DNA from: Octopus sinensis
Lineage: Eukaryota
NCBI RefSeq assembly: GCF_006345805.1
Contig: NC_042997.1
Span: 108,376,001-108,440,000 of the forward strand
DNA: 64,000 bases
Reading direction: 5' to 3'
The translations under genes and the position numbers were made by a program. Under the pieces are notes generated by a model. It saw only the letters and a list, made by a program, of their open reading frames with translations, had not been told where the DNA came from and did no database searches. Positions 24,765 to 37,190 of the stretch are shown in pieces (position 1 is the stretch's first letter; each line of letters starts with the position of its first letter).

Positions 24765-25135
24765 GTCTGTTGTTGGTCATTGTTGACTGAACTGTTTGGA
24801 GGTCATCTCTGGCAGGCTCCTCACATGTGGGCTACAAGGCCTGCTCTTGACCTACAGCATGCAAAGTTGCTGGACACGACAGAGAAATGATGTCTCTCTT
24901 GTGGTCTTTCATATTCTCTCTGGCATTTCTCCTCAGTGGCTGGAATTATGAGCTTCAGCAATCGGAGACATTCATCACACTGCAGTGCTTCCTCCTCCCA
25001 TCTGGCAGGCTTGAAAATTGTTAAGCAGTCTCTCTTTACATGAAACCATTGGTAACCTTCAAATAACCTGCAAATAAAGAATATTTGTTCACCAATGCAC
25101 AACAGTTGAGCACTCATTTTCACTGTTCGATGTTT
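24765..25135 (-). mobile_element. RTE (BovB-like) 3' coding fragment
   Basis: The C-terminal peptide ...FACCRSRAGLVAHM is typical of the RTE terminal zinc finger; a related fragment lies at ~59090-59225. Confidence 0.65.
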
Positions 25136-25240
25136 GTGCGTGCGTGTGTGTGTGTGTGTGTGTGTGTGTACTGTATGCATTGGTGTATGGGATTACACAC
25201 ACACACACACATGTAAATATATATTCATATACATGTGTGT

Positions 25241-25560
25241 GAAGGCACATAGCTCAGTGGTAAGAGTGTTGGAGTCACAATCATGAGGTAGTGTGTTCGA
25301 TTCCTGGACCAGGCTGTGTGTTGTGTTCTTGAGCAAGACACATTATATGATGCTGCTCCAGTTCACTCAGCTGTAGAAATGAGTTCTGATGTCACTGGTG
25401 ACAAGCTGCATCAGCCCCTTTGCCTTTCCCCTGGATAATATTGGTGGCATGGAGTGGGGAGGCTGGAATGCATGGGTGACTACTGGTCTTCCAGCAACAA
25501 TCTTGCCCAGACTTGTGCCTTGGAAGGAACTTTCTAGGTGTATTCCCAATGACCAAAGGA
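25241..25560 (+). mobile_element. tRNA-derived SINE
   Basis: Box A/B-like head gcacatagctcagtggtaagagtgttgg...gttcgattcctggacc, followed by ttgtgttcttgagcaagacac, a central motif common in SINE superfamilies. Confidence 0.8.
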
Positions 25561-25571
25561 GCTCTTTACCC

Positions 25572-25609
<38 letters not shown>

Positions 25610-25614
<5 letters not shown>

Positions 25615-27830
25615 TCATCATCATCATCATCATTGTTTAACGTCCGCTTTCCATGCTAGCATGGGTTGGACTGTTCAACTGGGGTCTTGGAAGCCAGGAG
25701 GCTGCACCAGGCTCCAGTCTGATCTGGCAGTGTTTCTACAGCTGGATGCCCTTCCTAACGCCAACCACTCCGTGAGTCTAGTGGCTGCCTTTTACGTGCC
25801 TCCGGCACAGGTGCCAGGCATTGCTGGCAAACGACCACAATCGGATGGTGCTTTTCACATGTCACTGGCACGGAGGCCAGACGAAGCTGGCAACAGCCAC
25901 AATCGGATGGTTCTTTTTACGCGCCACCGGCATGGAGACCAGTCGGGGCGGCACTGGCAAAGGCCGAGTTCAGATGGTTCTCTTACATGCCACCGGCACT
26001 GGTATCATAGCTACAATTTCCATTGATGTTGATCGATTTCGATTTTCACTTGCCTCAACAGGTCTTCACAAGTAGAGTTTTGTGTCCCAAGAAGGAAAGG
26101 TATGCATAAGTGGACTGGCTAAACCCCAGGTAGAGGCCAGGCGTTATGGTCTCACTTGTCCTGCTGGGTCTTCCCATACACAGCATACTTCCAAAGGTCT
26201 CGGTCTCTAGTCATTTCCTTGGTGAGACCTAAAGTTCGAAGATCATGCTTCACCACCTCGTCCCAGGTTTTCCTGGGTCTACCTCTTCCACAGGTTCCCT
26301 CAACCGCTAGGGTGTGGCACTTTTTCACAAAACTATCTTCATCCATTCTCGCCACATGACCATACCAGTGCAATCGTCTCTCTTGCACACCACAACTGAT
26401 GCTTCTTAGGTCTAACATTTCTCTCAAGGTACTAACGCTCTGTCGAGTATGCACACTGACATTACACATTCATCGGAGCATACTAACTTCATTCCTCGCG
26501 AGCTTATGCATGTCCTCAGCAGTCACGGCCCATGTTTCACTGCCATGTAGCATGGCTGTTCGTACACATGCATCATACAGTCTGCCTTTTACTCTGAGCG
26601 AGAGGCCTTTAGTCACCAGCAGAGGTAAGAGCTCCCTAAACTTTGCCCAGGCTATTCTTACTCTAGCAGTTACACTTTCAATGCACCCACCCCCACTACT
26701 GACTTGGTCACCCACACTTGAAACTTTGCCTCTAGTTCTGATAGTAACTCAGCAATTAGAGCAAGGTCATCAGCATATAGGAGCTCCCAGGGGCATCCAG
26801 TCTTGAATTCCTCCATTATTGCCTGGAGGACTATGATAAATAGGAGGGGGTGAGGACTGAACCTTGGTGGACCCCTACGTCTACCCTGAATTCTTCAGTA
26901 TACTTGTTGCCAACCCTCACCTTACTTACAGCATCCCTATACATGGCTTGCACAGCTCTCACTAACCATTCATCTATCCCTAGTTTCCTCATTGACCACC
27001 AGATAAGGGATCGGGAGACCCTGTCAAAGGCTTTCTCCATGTCAACGAAAGCCAGGTACAAGGGCTTATCTTGGCTAGGTATTTCTCCTGCAGCTGTCTT
27101 ACCAGAAATATGGCATCAGTGGTGCTTTTCCCTGGCACGAGACCAAACTGCATCTCATCCAAGCTGACTCTCTCCCTAATCAGTTGGGCTATGACCCTCT
27201 CCGTAAACTTCATTACCTGATCCAACAGCTTGATACCTCTGTAATTATTTGTATCTAAAGTGTCACCTTTACCATTGTAGCAGTTGACTATTATGCTGCT
27301 ACACCAGTCATTGGGTATGACTCCTTCATGTATCACCTGGTTGACTATACGGGTGACTAGGCTATAACCAACACTACCAGATATTTTAAGCATCTCTGCA
27401 GTAATTCCTGATGGGCCTGGGGCTTTCCCTGTCTTCATGCTTCTAATTGCCTTAACTACTAAGGAACTGTCAACTCGGATAGCTTGTCCCTCTGTTGGGT
27501 TGATATTCAGCAGACTCTCTTTATCCCATTCATTTTCCTTATTCAGCAGCCTTTCATAATGGTGTCTCCAAACCTCTCTCTTTGCATCCTCATTCAGCGC
27601 AAAAGAACCATCATCCATGCGAATACATTTCTCACCTATCACATCACGATTCTCTCTCACACACTGTCTTGCAACATGGAATACCTCAAGTCTTTCATCC
27701 TCACGGTGCAGAACATTGGCAAAGTTTTTGTTATCTGCTTCCCCTCTGGCTAGATAGACCTGTCTCCTAGCTTCCCTCCTGGCAGTCTGATACACTTCCC
27801 TGCTACCACCGTCCTTCCAGTCCTTCCATA
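25610..27830 (-). mobile_element. 5'-truncated RTE LINE with complete 3' UTR and an internal ~335-bp deletion
   Basis: ORF pieces with GKAPGPSGIT, DWCSSIIV..Y.GKGD, NYRGIKLL, FVDMEKAFDRV, GVHQGSVL and GRGRPRKTW. The coding end runs directly into the unit array and the (CAT)n tail at 25610. Confidence 0.95.
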
Positions 27831-28273
27831 TATATATATAGGAATAGTAGTAATTGGCATTTAGTTGTGACAATGCTGTCTTCTACATAAATTCCTCATA
27901 TGGAACTATGTCATCCCCTTTACCCCATTTCTATAATTAGAAAATCTTTATTGTCTCCTTTCATTTGTTCTTCCCTCTCAGAACCTTACAGTAGTCTGGA
28001 ACAACTGAATCTTTGTCAGTCAGTTGATGGGCTCCACTACCTCAAATGTTCTTAAAATTTAAATCCACATCTTTGTCTATGTATCTACCTTGTCTATAAT
28101 GTTGCCACTTGATATGAAAATTTTTGTATTAATGGAAAACCTCTATAATTGGCTGATGAGTGCTCATAATTTTAAAACTGTTGTAATACTTACAACATTT
28201 AATAAAATGATGTAATACGAAATGATTGTACCAAATTACCGGAGTCATCCTTGTTGCTTATTTTGTATATATA

Positions 28274-28332
<59 letters not shown>

Positions 28333-28414
28333 GTATGTATATATATATCATCATCATTATCACTTAACGTCTGCTTTCCATGCTGGCATGGGTTGGACCA
28401 TTTTTTCCTGATCC

Positions 28415-29940
28415 ACCAAGGATCAGTCATCAGGCCCCTCTTATTCATCATAGTCCTCCAAGTAATAACAGAGGAATTCAGGACAGGATGCACCTGGGAG
28501 CTTCTCTATGCTGATGACCTTGCTCTAATCGCTGAGTCACTATCAGAACTAGAGGAAAAGTTTCAGGTGTGGAAACAAGGTCTAGAATTGAAGGGCCTTA
28601 GAGTCAACCTAGCAAAAACCAAAGTCTTAATAAGTAGGAAAGCAGGCAAACCACAAATCCCTTCACGTAGATGGCCCTGCTCAATCTGGAGAAAAGGCGT
28701 AGGTAGAAACTCTATAAGATGTACCCAGTGTAAGCTATGGACACATAAGGGGTGCAGCAATATCAAAGGAAGGCTAACTGGGAAGATAGTTTTTGTATGT
28801 AGCAGATGCTCAGGAGCAATAAACACTGAAAATGTGCAGAGAACAGCAGGGGGAAAAACTAGAAGTAGTTGATAGCTTCCGTTACCTAGGGGACCAAGTC
28901 AGTTGCTGGGGTAGATGGTTTGAAAGTGTAGCTGTTAGAATAAGAATATCCTGAGTAAAGTTCAGAGAGCTCTTACCTCTGCTGGTGACAAACGGCCTCT
29001 CGCTCAGAGTAAAAGGTAGACTGTATGATGCATGTGTGTGAACAGCCATGCTATATGGCAGTGAAACTTGGGCATGACCGTTGAGTACATGCATAAGCTT
29101 GCAAGGAATGAAGCCAGTATGATCCATGGATGTGTAATGTCAGTATGCATACACGACAGAGTGTAAGCATCCTGAGAAAAAAGTAGGTATGGTCATGTGT
29201 TGCGAGTGGATGAAGACAGTTGTGTGAAAAAAGTGTCACATCCTAGCAGTAGAGGGAATCTGTGGAAGAGGTAGACCCAGGAAGACTTGGGATGAGGTGG
29301 TGAAGCACGACCTTTGAACAATGGGCCTCACTGAAGCAATGACAAGTGACCGAGACCTGTGGAGATAAGCTCTGCTTGAGAAGACTCGGCAAGCCAAGTG
29401 AGATCATAACTGTGGCCTATGCCAGAGCAGCGTAACCAGCCCATTTAAGAGTACCCTTCAATCATTGGGCAATAAACTGTACATGTAAAGAGCTGTTGAG
29501 GTAAGCGAATTCATTGTCATGTCCAATGACAGTACTACTTGATTAGCACCCGTGCCAGTGGCACATTAAAAGCACCATTCAAGCATGATTATTGCCAGTG
29601 TCGCCTGACTGGCTCCTGTGTCGGTGGCATGGAAAAAAACACCATTTGAGCATGGTCATAGCCAGTGCTACCTGACTGGCTCTTGTGCTGGTGGCACATA
29701 AAAAAGCACCATTTGAGCATGGTCGATGCCAGTACTGCCTGACTGGCCCTTGTGCCAGTGGAACGTAAAAAACACCCACTACACTCTTGGAGTGGTTGGT
29801 GCTAGGAAGGCATCCAGCTGTAGAAGCTTTGCCAGATAAGATTGGATCCTGGTGCAGCCTTCTGGCTTGCCAGCCCTTAGTCAAACGATCCAACCCATGC
29901 CAGCATGGAAAGTTAAACAACAACGACGACGATGATGAGG
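28415..29940 (+). mobile_element. 5'-truncated RTE LINE
   Basis: QGSVIRPLLF, ELLYADDLALI, VNLAKTKVL, Cys-rich insert, GRGRPRKTW, 3' UTR with ~4 units and tail. Confidence 0.92.
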
Positions 29941-29999
29941 ATGATAATATAACAGGCAGAATATGCTAAGATGATCTTTTATATTGTCAAAGGAAACAA

Positions 30000-31130
30000 A
30001 AAGAAAATACCTAAGGACAGTGAATTATCATAGCAAGATTATAGATTTAATAAACACCAAGGAATAATAATAATAATGAGAGAGAGATAGGAGTACAACA
30101 TACAAGGTGTTAGAACAAATAGGATAAAGAGAGTTCATATGGTGAGTCATAAAAATTACCTTCCAATAAAAAAAAATTAATTGTCTAAATAACTTTATTA
30201 TTTCCTGTGACTGCTCTGATTTATATCTGGATAATTCAGACATTAGACTCCAGTTAGGTACACACAAAAGGACTAAACTTGGTTGTAAGGAGTGTAACCT
30301 TAGGAATAATTAAACAACACTTCATATAACTGTGAGGGAACAAATATACATAAAAATAACTATAGCAATATAAATTATGGAAACAAAATTGACAGAACTA
30401 CATTACATCATAGAAATATCATATGGTGTAATGCTCTATTTGGAATTCATGCAACTACGGATATTGCTGGAATTTTCTTTATGATGTTAGAGTAACATTT
30501 TCCTTCTCCAAGCAGATATAGAAAGATATTCAACAGACATACTGTAAAGTTTGCATATTCCACTACTCCTAATTTAGCAGATATTACAGAAATTTTTAAC
30601 CGTAAGAAACTGAATACTGTTAGAATTAGTGAATCTATGTTTATTTATTTAGACTGTATAGATCAATCTGAGCCTGCTCCAAATAATACACACCTGTCTG
30701 GTTAAAAAAATAGCGATTTTAATAATGCAGTATCTCCTTTTAGTAATGACATTAACACTAATATAATAGATAAGGCATCTTACGACTTCATACATAATAG
30801 AATATGCAACTGTGATAATCATGACAAATGCCCTTTCAATAACCAATATCTAATATGTAAGTGCTAGGTGAAAACACTTGAGAATGTTCGTTATTACATG
30901 GAAGATACTGTTGCAAAATTCAGAAAATTCAAGACCAGACACATAACCATGTTCATTCTTTTAAATACAAAACAAAAGAACGCTGCACTTCATTGACCAA
31001 GTTCATCAGGGGCTTCAAAGGCATAAATATACCCCATCTCATAGTCTATTGTAGATAGTGCTCTTACAGAGGGAGCAGTGGTAGCTATAATTTGTGCTCA
31101 GTGGAGGCACTGGAAATTCTCTATTGTAGA
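30000..31130 (+). mobile_element. degenerate Penelope-like element (RT-end/linker + GIY-YIG)
   Basis: RNIIWCN..., HFPSPSRYRKIFNRHTVKFAYS, CNC...CP and YNLC..EALEI motifs typical of Penelope/Poseidon proteins; many stops. Confidence 0.75.
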
Positions 31131-31537
31131 TCCAATTTAATTAATAAGCATAACATTTGAAGATGTTCATTAACACTTGTTTCAATCATTGGACTATGGC
31201 TGTGGTGAGACACTACACTTCTCTAATAAAATTTTGTTAAACTTTCCAAATAAAAATCTTATATAAACAATTTGCCTAGATCAAAGTTAAATTAATACCT
31301 GTGTCTTCTTAAGGATTCTCCCTCTCCTATTCAAATTATCTCTAATCTAACATACCAAGGACTTATTTCTTAACTAACCCTTTTCTAATCCTTAGCCATT
31401 ACCCCTAATTTAATTCAAATTAATCATTGTAAACTTAATAATTTTAGATATGACTATAGAGTTGGGCAATAATTTATGATTTTTATATACATTTCTCATG
31501 CAGCCAGTGGACACCCGTGTCCCTTCTTCATTTGTAG

Positions 31538-31595
31538 ATTAGAAGAATTTATTGAAACTGAAACTGAGTTTGTCTCCCAGCTCAAGTTTTACATC

Positions 31596-31598
<3 letters not shown>
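31538..31598 (+). CDS. candidate host-gene exon resembling the first helix of a RhoGEF Dbl-homology (DH) domain
   Basis: Acceptor cccttcttcatttgtag|, donor ACT|GTGTGT; peptide (R)LEEFIETETEFVSQLKFYIT fits the DH consensus EL..TE..YV..L. An alternative acceptor is possible at 31503. Confidence 0.4.
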
Positions 31599-31664
<66 letters not shown>

Positions 31665-32394
31665 TTGAAATGATGCTGATGTTGATTTTCCTGTCGATGT
31701 TATGATGAGTCATTCTGTACTTTCAAAGACTTGTAGAATATTAAATTGCATACAGACATATGCACATACATTGCTATAGACATATGCATATACATATAAA
31801 CAGACATATGTACACACACACACACACACATATACACATACAGAAAAGACATCCGCATACAGAGGTATACAAACACATATACACAGGCGTACAGAGACAT
31901 TTGTACATAAACACAGATACAGTTATGCACATACACACACTGATGTAGACATACACATATACACACACTTATATGCACACTAACATATAAAGTTGTATGT
32001 ACATATACGCACTTATGTAAATGTATGCATACATACACATATATATATGCTGACATATGTACATGCACATGCGTATGTATACACATGCATACATACACAG
32101 TTGCAGAGATCAGCACACACATCATATATACAGACACATGCGAATGCAAATATATGCATATATGCACTGATATACACATGTGCATACATGCAAATATACA
32201 GCTATATGCGCACATATGCATACAGAGGTGAAAGAGAATAAAACATCAAAATAAAAAGTATAACAAATAAAAATAATGATGATGATGATGTTGGAAATAT
32301 AAAAGCGTATTTATGAGATGTTTATAGAAACGTAGATATGTTAACACGCATGTACACACATACACACACACACATGCACACACACTCGTCTGTA

Positions 32395-32428
32395 AGTATA
32401 TTTATATATATACATATATATACATATA

Positions 32429-32500
<72 letters not shown>

Positions 32501-32513
32501 ATATGTATATATG

Positions 32514-32555
<42 letters not shown>

Positions 32556-32558
32556 TAT

Positions 32559-32641
<83 letters not shown>

Positions 32642-32657
32642 GTGTATATATATATAT

Positions 32658-32714
<57 letters not shown>

Positions 32715-32760
32715 TATACACACACATATACACACATATATATACATGTGTGTGTGTGTA
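32395..32760. repeat. very long interrupted (TA)n microsatellite
   Basis: Direct reading; source of the YIYI ORFs at 32322-32881. Confidence 0.97.
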
Positions 32761-33522
32761 AAGAAGACTGTTTTGAGAGGAGGTTATGGAAGAGTGACAG
32801 TGATAGTTCCATGTTGATTGTTGGTAGGAGGGTGGAAACATTATGAGTAGTGGTGACAGGATGGCCATAAAGATGTATCATAGAGAAAGAAAGGGTGAGA
32901 CTGATAGCAACAGATGGGGGGTGGGGTGGTAATGGTAAGAGAGGTGAATGTCAAGTAAAGTTAGACAAGGAGGAAGAAAGAATGAGGATTAGGATGAGAG
33001 AGTGAGAGCTGAATATGGAGGGCAGATCTGATGCTACTCCCAGATAGACTGGTGTGGGGTGATGGTGGGAGAGAGAGAGGGAGCATGGTAATGAGGAGTG
33101 GTAGGAGTTTAGACTGAGACACATCAGTTGCTTGTGGGTAGGCTTATGTGTGTTTAAGTGTGTACACAGGTGGTGGTGGTGGTGGTGGTGGATTGATGAA
33201 GTTTTAAAGTCAGTGTATATCATCATCATCATGTAATGTCCATTCCCCATGCTGGCATGCGTTGGATGGTTTCGTTGGAGCTGGTAAGGCCAAGGGCTGC
33301 ACCAAGCTCCTTATGTCTGTTTTCGCAGGGTTTCTATGGCTTGATGCCCTTCCTAATGCCAACCATTTTACAGAGTGTGGCTGGGTGCTTTTTATATGGC
33401 ACCAGCATCAACAGGGTCACCAAATAACTGGCAAAATGAATACCCCTCAGTTGGAATGCAGGAGTTTTAGTGGAGGTGATAGCCTTTGTGCCAGTTCACA
33501 TACACACACAAACACACACACA

Positions 33523-33563
<41 letters not shown>

Positions 33564-33564
33564 T

Positions 33565-33900
33565 CATCATCATAATCATCATCATCGTTTAACGTCCACT
33601 TTCCATGCTAGCATGGGTTGGACGGTTCATCTGGGGTCTGGGAAGCCAGAAGGCTGCACCAGGCCCAGTCTGATCTGGCAGTGTTTCTACAGCTGGATGC
33701 CCTTCCTAATGCCAACCACTCCGTGAGTGTAGTGGGTGCTTTTTACGTGCCAGACGAGGCTGGCAACAGCCACAATCGGATGGTGCTTTTACGTGCCACC
33801 AGTACAGAGGCCAGTTGGGAAGGCGTGGCAACGGCCACGTTCAGATGGTTCTCTTACATGCCACTGGCACTGGTATCACAGCTACAATTTCCATTGATAT
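33565..33900 (-). mobile_element. RTE-family 3' end
   Basis: Tail and units almost identical to 25610-26020. Confidence 0.88.
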
Positions 33901-33949
33901 TGATATACATATATATACATATATATACATATATATATACATATATATC

Positions 33950-34640
33950 ATCATAATCATCGTTTAACATCTGCTTTCCATGCTAGCATGGGTTGGATGA
34001 TTTGACTGAGGTCTGGCAAACCAGATGGCTGCACCAGAGTCCAATCTGATCTGGCAGAGTTTCTACAGCTGGATGTCCTTTCTAATGCCAACCACTCCGA
34101 GAGTGTAGTGGGTGCTTTTACATGTCACCGGCATGAGGACCAGTCAGGCGGTACTGATGACGGCCACGCTTAAATGGTGCCTTTTATGTGCCACCGGCTC
34201 AGGAGCCAGTCCAGCAGCACTGGCAACGACCTCACTTGAATGTTTTTTTCACATGCCACCAGCACAAGTGCCAGTAAGAGCGACGCATGTTACGATCATG
34301 CTCGAATGATGTTTTTTACGTGCCACCAGCACGGTGGCCTGCTTGTTGCTCTGGCATTGATCATGCTCATATGATACTCTTAGCACTCCACTAGCACAGA
34401 TGCCAGTCATCAAATTTGATTTCGACTTCAATTTCACTTGCCTCAACAGGTCTTTGCAAGCAGAGTTTAGAGTCCAATGAAGGAAAGGTACACATAAGTG
34501 GGCTAGTTAAAACCCTGGCATACGCCACAAGGTTATGGTCTCACTTGAGCTTGCCGAGTCTTCTTAAGCACAGCATATTTCCAAAGGTCCTGGTCACTAG
34601 TCATTGCCTCGGTGAGGCCCAATGTTCGAAGGTCGTGCTT
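33950..34640 (-). mobile_element. RTE-family 3' end with ~5 units and the last coding residues
   Basis: Tail, unit array, then ...ggtgaggcccaatgttcgaaggtcgtgcttca (end of ORF2). Confidence 0.9.
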
Positions 34641-34848
34641 CACACACACATATATATATATAAATATATCAATCATAATAATAATAATAATATTAAGGAA
34701 TATGATTCCAAACTTACAGGGAAAAATTCAATTTAGTAATACTAAATCAAATTCCACAATATATAATACAAGTATATAATTAGAGAAGAACCACCATGTA
34801 GCAATTCAACAATGATATACTTAAATCATACCATATATACATATTTAC

Positions 34849-34965
<117 letters not shown>

Positions 34966-35399
34966 TATATATATGGGGGGGATTTAGAAATGCAGTATTT
35001 CTAATGTTATATATATATCCTATTAATAAAATAGATGGAAGGAGAAAAGAATTTATTGGGTACGATGCATGTTTCAACCCGTTCTGGGTCTCTTCGGGTA
35101 CATCAATAAAAAGTTTTACGAGAGATTTTCTAATTCGGTTTTATGTATCGCTATATGTCCATCAACTTTGAGAGGAAGTAAAAAACAGAGAAAAAATTAA
35201 AATGCAAAAATTTTAATATGAACGTGAAAATTATACATTCTAGTTTAGAGAACATGACGTAATGGGCCTTCACTGTTGTAACTGTTAAGAGAAAGAAAAG
35301 GAAGTAGAAGTTGAAAGGAAAATAATAGATGAAAATTCCTTTTGTGCTTGTGCTTAGACATGATATATATATATAAATAAAAATATATATATATATATT

Positions 35400-36200
35400 A
35401 TCATCATCATCATCTTTTAATATCTGCTCTCCATGGGTTGGACGGTTTGACTGAGGCCTGGAAAGCCAGTGGCTGTACCAGGCTCCAATCTGATCTGGCA
35501 GTGTTTCTACAGCTGGGTGCCTTTTATAATGCCAACCATTCCAAGAGTGTAGCAGGTGCTTTTTATGTCACACCAGCCCCAGAGCCAGTCGGTGGGGGAC
35601 TGGCATCAACCATGTTAAGATGGTGCATTTTATGTGCCACTGGCACGGGGAGCCATTCAAACAGTACTGGCATCGACTCACACTTGAATGGTACTGTAAC
35701 AGGATCTGGAATCGGTATCACTGAAGGGGTGATTGATCCGATCCCGTCACATTCAATTTAGTTAGATATAACAGACGAAGTCAGGTTATCTTGGAAAGAC
35801 AGCAGTGTTGTTTATTACTCGTGATGGTGTACGTATTTCTGAAGAGAAAACGACAGCCGAATCTGTTGTACAGCTTCTTGTTGGTTGGTTGAAGTGATTC
35901 GATGTCATCCGCGGCTAAGTCGGTGTAGTTATCAGAGACTACCAAATGCACGTCTGTTCACGAGGGCTGAAAATGGCCAGAGAGAGTGATTGAGTTATTT
36001 GTGCCTTAGGAGTCAGTTTCCCGCACATGCGCATGGGGAAGACTTCCGGTGGCCACCCGGAAGTAGTCCCATTCTGCGCATGCACGCTGAACCTTACACA
36101 GTAGCATCACTACAGTACTTATTACGTGCCACCAGCATGGGTGCCAGTCAAGCGGCACTGGCATTGGCCGCAACTACAATTTCCATTTTGATTTTGTTGC
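35400..36200 (-). mobile_element. RTE-family 3' end interrupted by a solo LTR
   Basis: The unit sequence cacttgaatggtac|ttattacgtgccacc is split by the LTR insertion. Confidence 0.85.
35695..36114 (-). mobile_element. solo LTR (420 bp), Gypsy-type
   Basis: TG...CA termini (TGTAAC...CACTACA on +; TGTAGTG...GTTACA on -), 4-bp target-site duplication GTAC at 35691-35694 and 36115-36118, AATAAA on the minus strand. Confidence 0.9.
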
Positions 36201-36289
36201 ACTCAGTCCACTCTACAGGGTGGTTGGTGTTAGGAAGGGCATCCAACCATAAAAACCAAAAAGGACACAGAAACTTGGTGTAAACAAAG

Positions 36290-36525
36290 GCAGCGAGCTG
36301 GCAGAATCGTTAGCACACCGGGTAAAATACTTAGCGGTATTTCGTCTGCTGTTACGTTCTGAGTTCAAATTCTGCCGAGGTTGACTTTGCCTTTCATCCT
36401 TTCGGGGTCGATAAATTAAGTACCAGTTATGCACTGGGGTCGATGAATCAAATTAATCCCTTTGTCTGTCCTTGTTTGTCCCCTCTATGTTTAGCCCCTT
36501 GTGGGCAGTAAAGAAATAAGAAACC
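36290..36525 (+). mobile_element. tRNA-derived SINE with gttgactttgcctttcatcctttcggggtcgataaa central domain
   Basis: Head gcgagctggcagaatcgttagc...gagttcaaattc; further copies at 58262-58475, 63200-63425, 57191-57365 (partial) and ~21645-21780 (partial). Confidence 0.88.
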
Positions 36526-36639
36526 TGGTGTAGTCTTCTGCCTGGCCGCCCCTTGTCAAACCGTCCAACTCAAGTCAGCATAGAAAAGATTGACATTAAA
36601 TGATGATTATGATGATGATGATGATATATACATATACAT

Positions 36640-36815
36640 ACAAGCACCCACTACACTCACGGAGTGGTTGGCATTAGGAAGGGCATCCAGCCGTAGAAAC
36701 ACTGCCAGATCTGACTAGGCCTGATGAAGCCTTCCAGCTTCACAGACCCCAGTTGAACCGTCCAACCCATGCTAGCATGGAAAACGGACGCTAAATGATG
36801 ATGATGATGATGATG
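36640..36815 (+). mobile_element. RTE-family 3' tail
   Basis: cacccactacactc...catgctagcatggaaaacggacg...(GAT)n. Confidence 0.85.
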
Positions 36816-36944
36816 ATACACACACACACACATGTTTATACATACCAACCTCTTATCCCACTCCCTCTCTATCTCCTCTCCTGATTCCCCCCTCCCACCC
36901 ACCTTTGTTCTTCTGTTACCAATGGTTTCTTTTCTTCAACTCCT

Positions 36945-37190
36945 CCATTGGCTGTGTGGTTAAAAAGGTGGCTTTCTCAACCACATGGTTCTGGGTTAAT
37001 TCCCATTGCATGGCACCTTGGGCATGTGTCTTTTATTATACCTTTGAACTGACTAAAACCTTCCGAGTGGATTTGGTAAATAGAAACTGAAAGAAGCCCG
37101 TGTGTGTGTGTGTGCATGCGTGTGTCTCCTTCTTTTCACATCATGTCATATTTGTAAACAAACATCCCCATCATACAAGAGAGGTTGTTC
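36945..37190 (+). mobile_element. tRNA-derived SINE (family of 60330-60745)
   Basis: ggctgtgtggttaaaa...tggcaccttgggcatgtgtc...gtggatttggtaaatagaaactgaaagaagcccg. Confidence 0.8.

Noticed and set aside
32322-32881. Long ORFs rich in YI/VC/HT (also 579-964, 31700-32241, 51683-54670, 56283-56670, 59210-59654, 62109-62579)
   Set aside because: Translations of (TA)n, (TG)n, (TACA)n and (TAGA)n microsatellites; no coding evidence.
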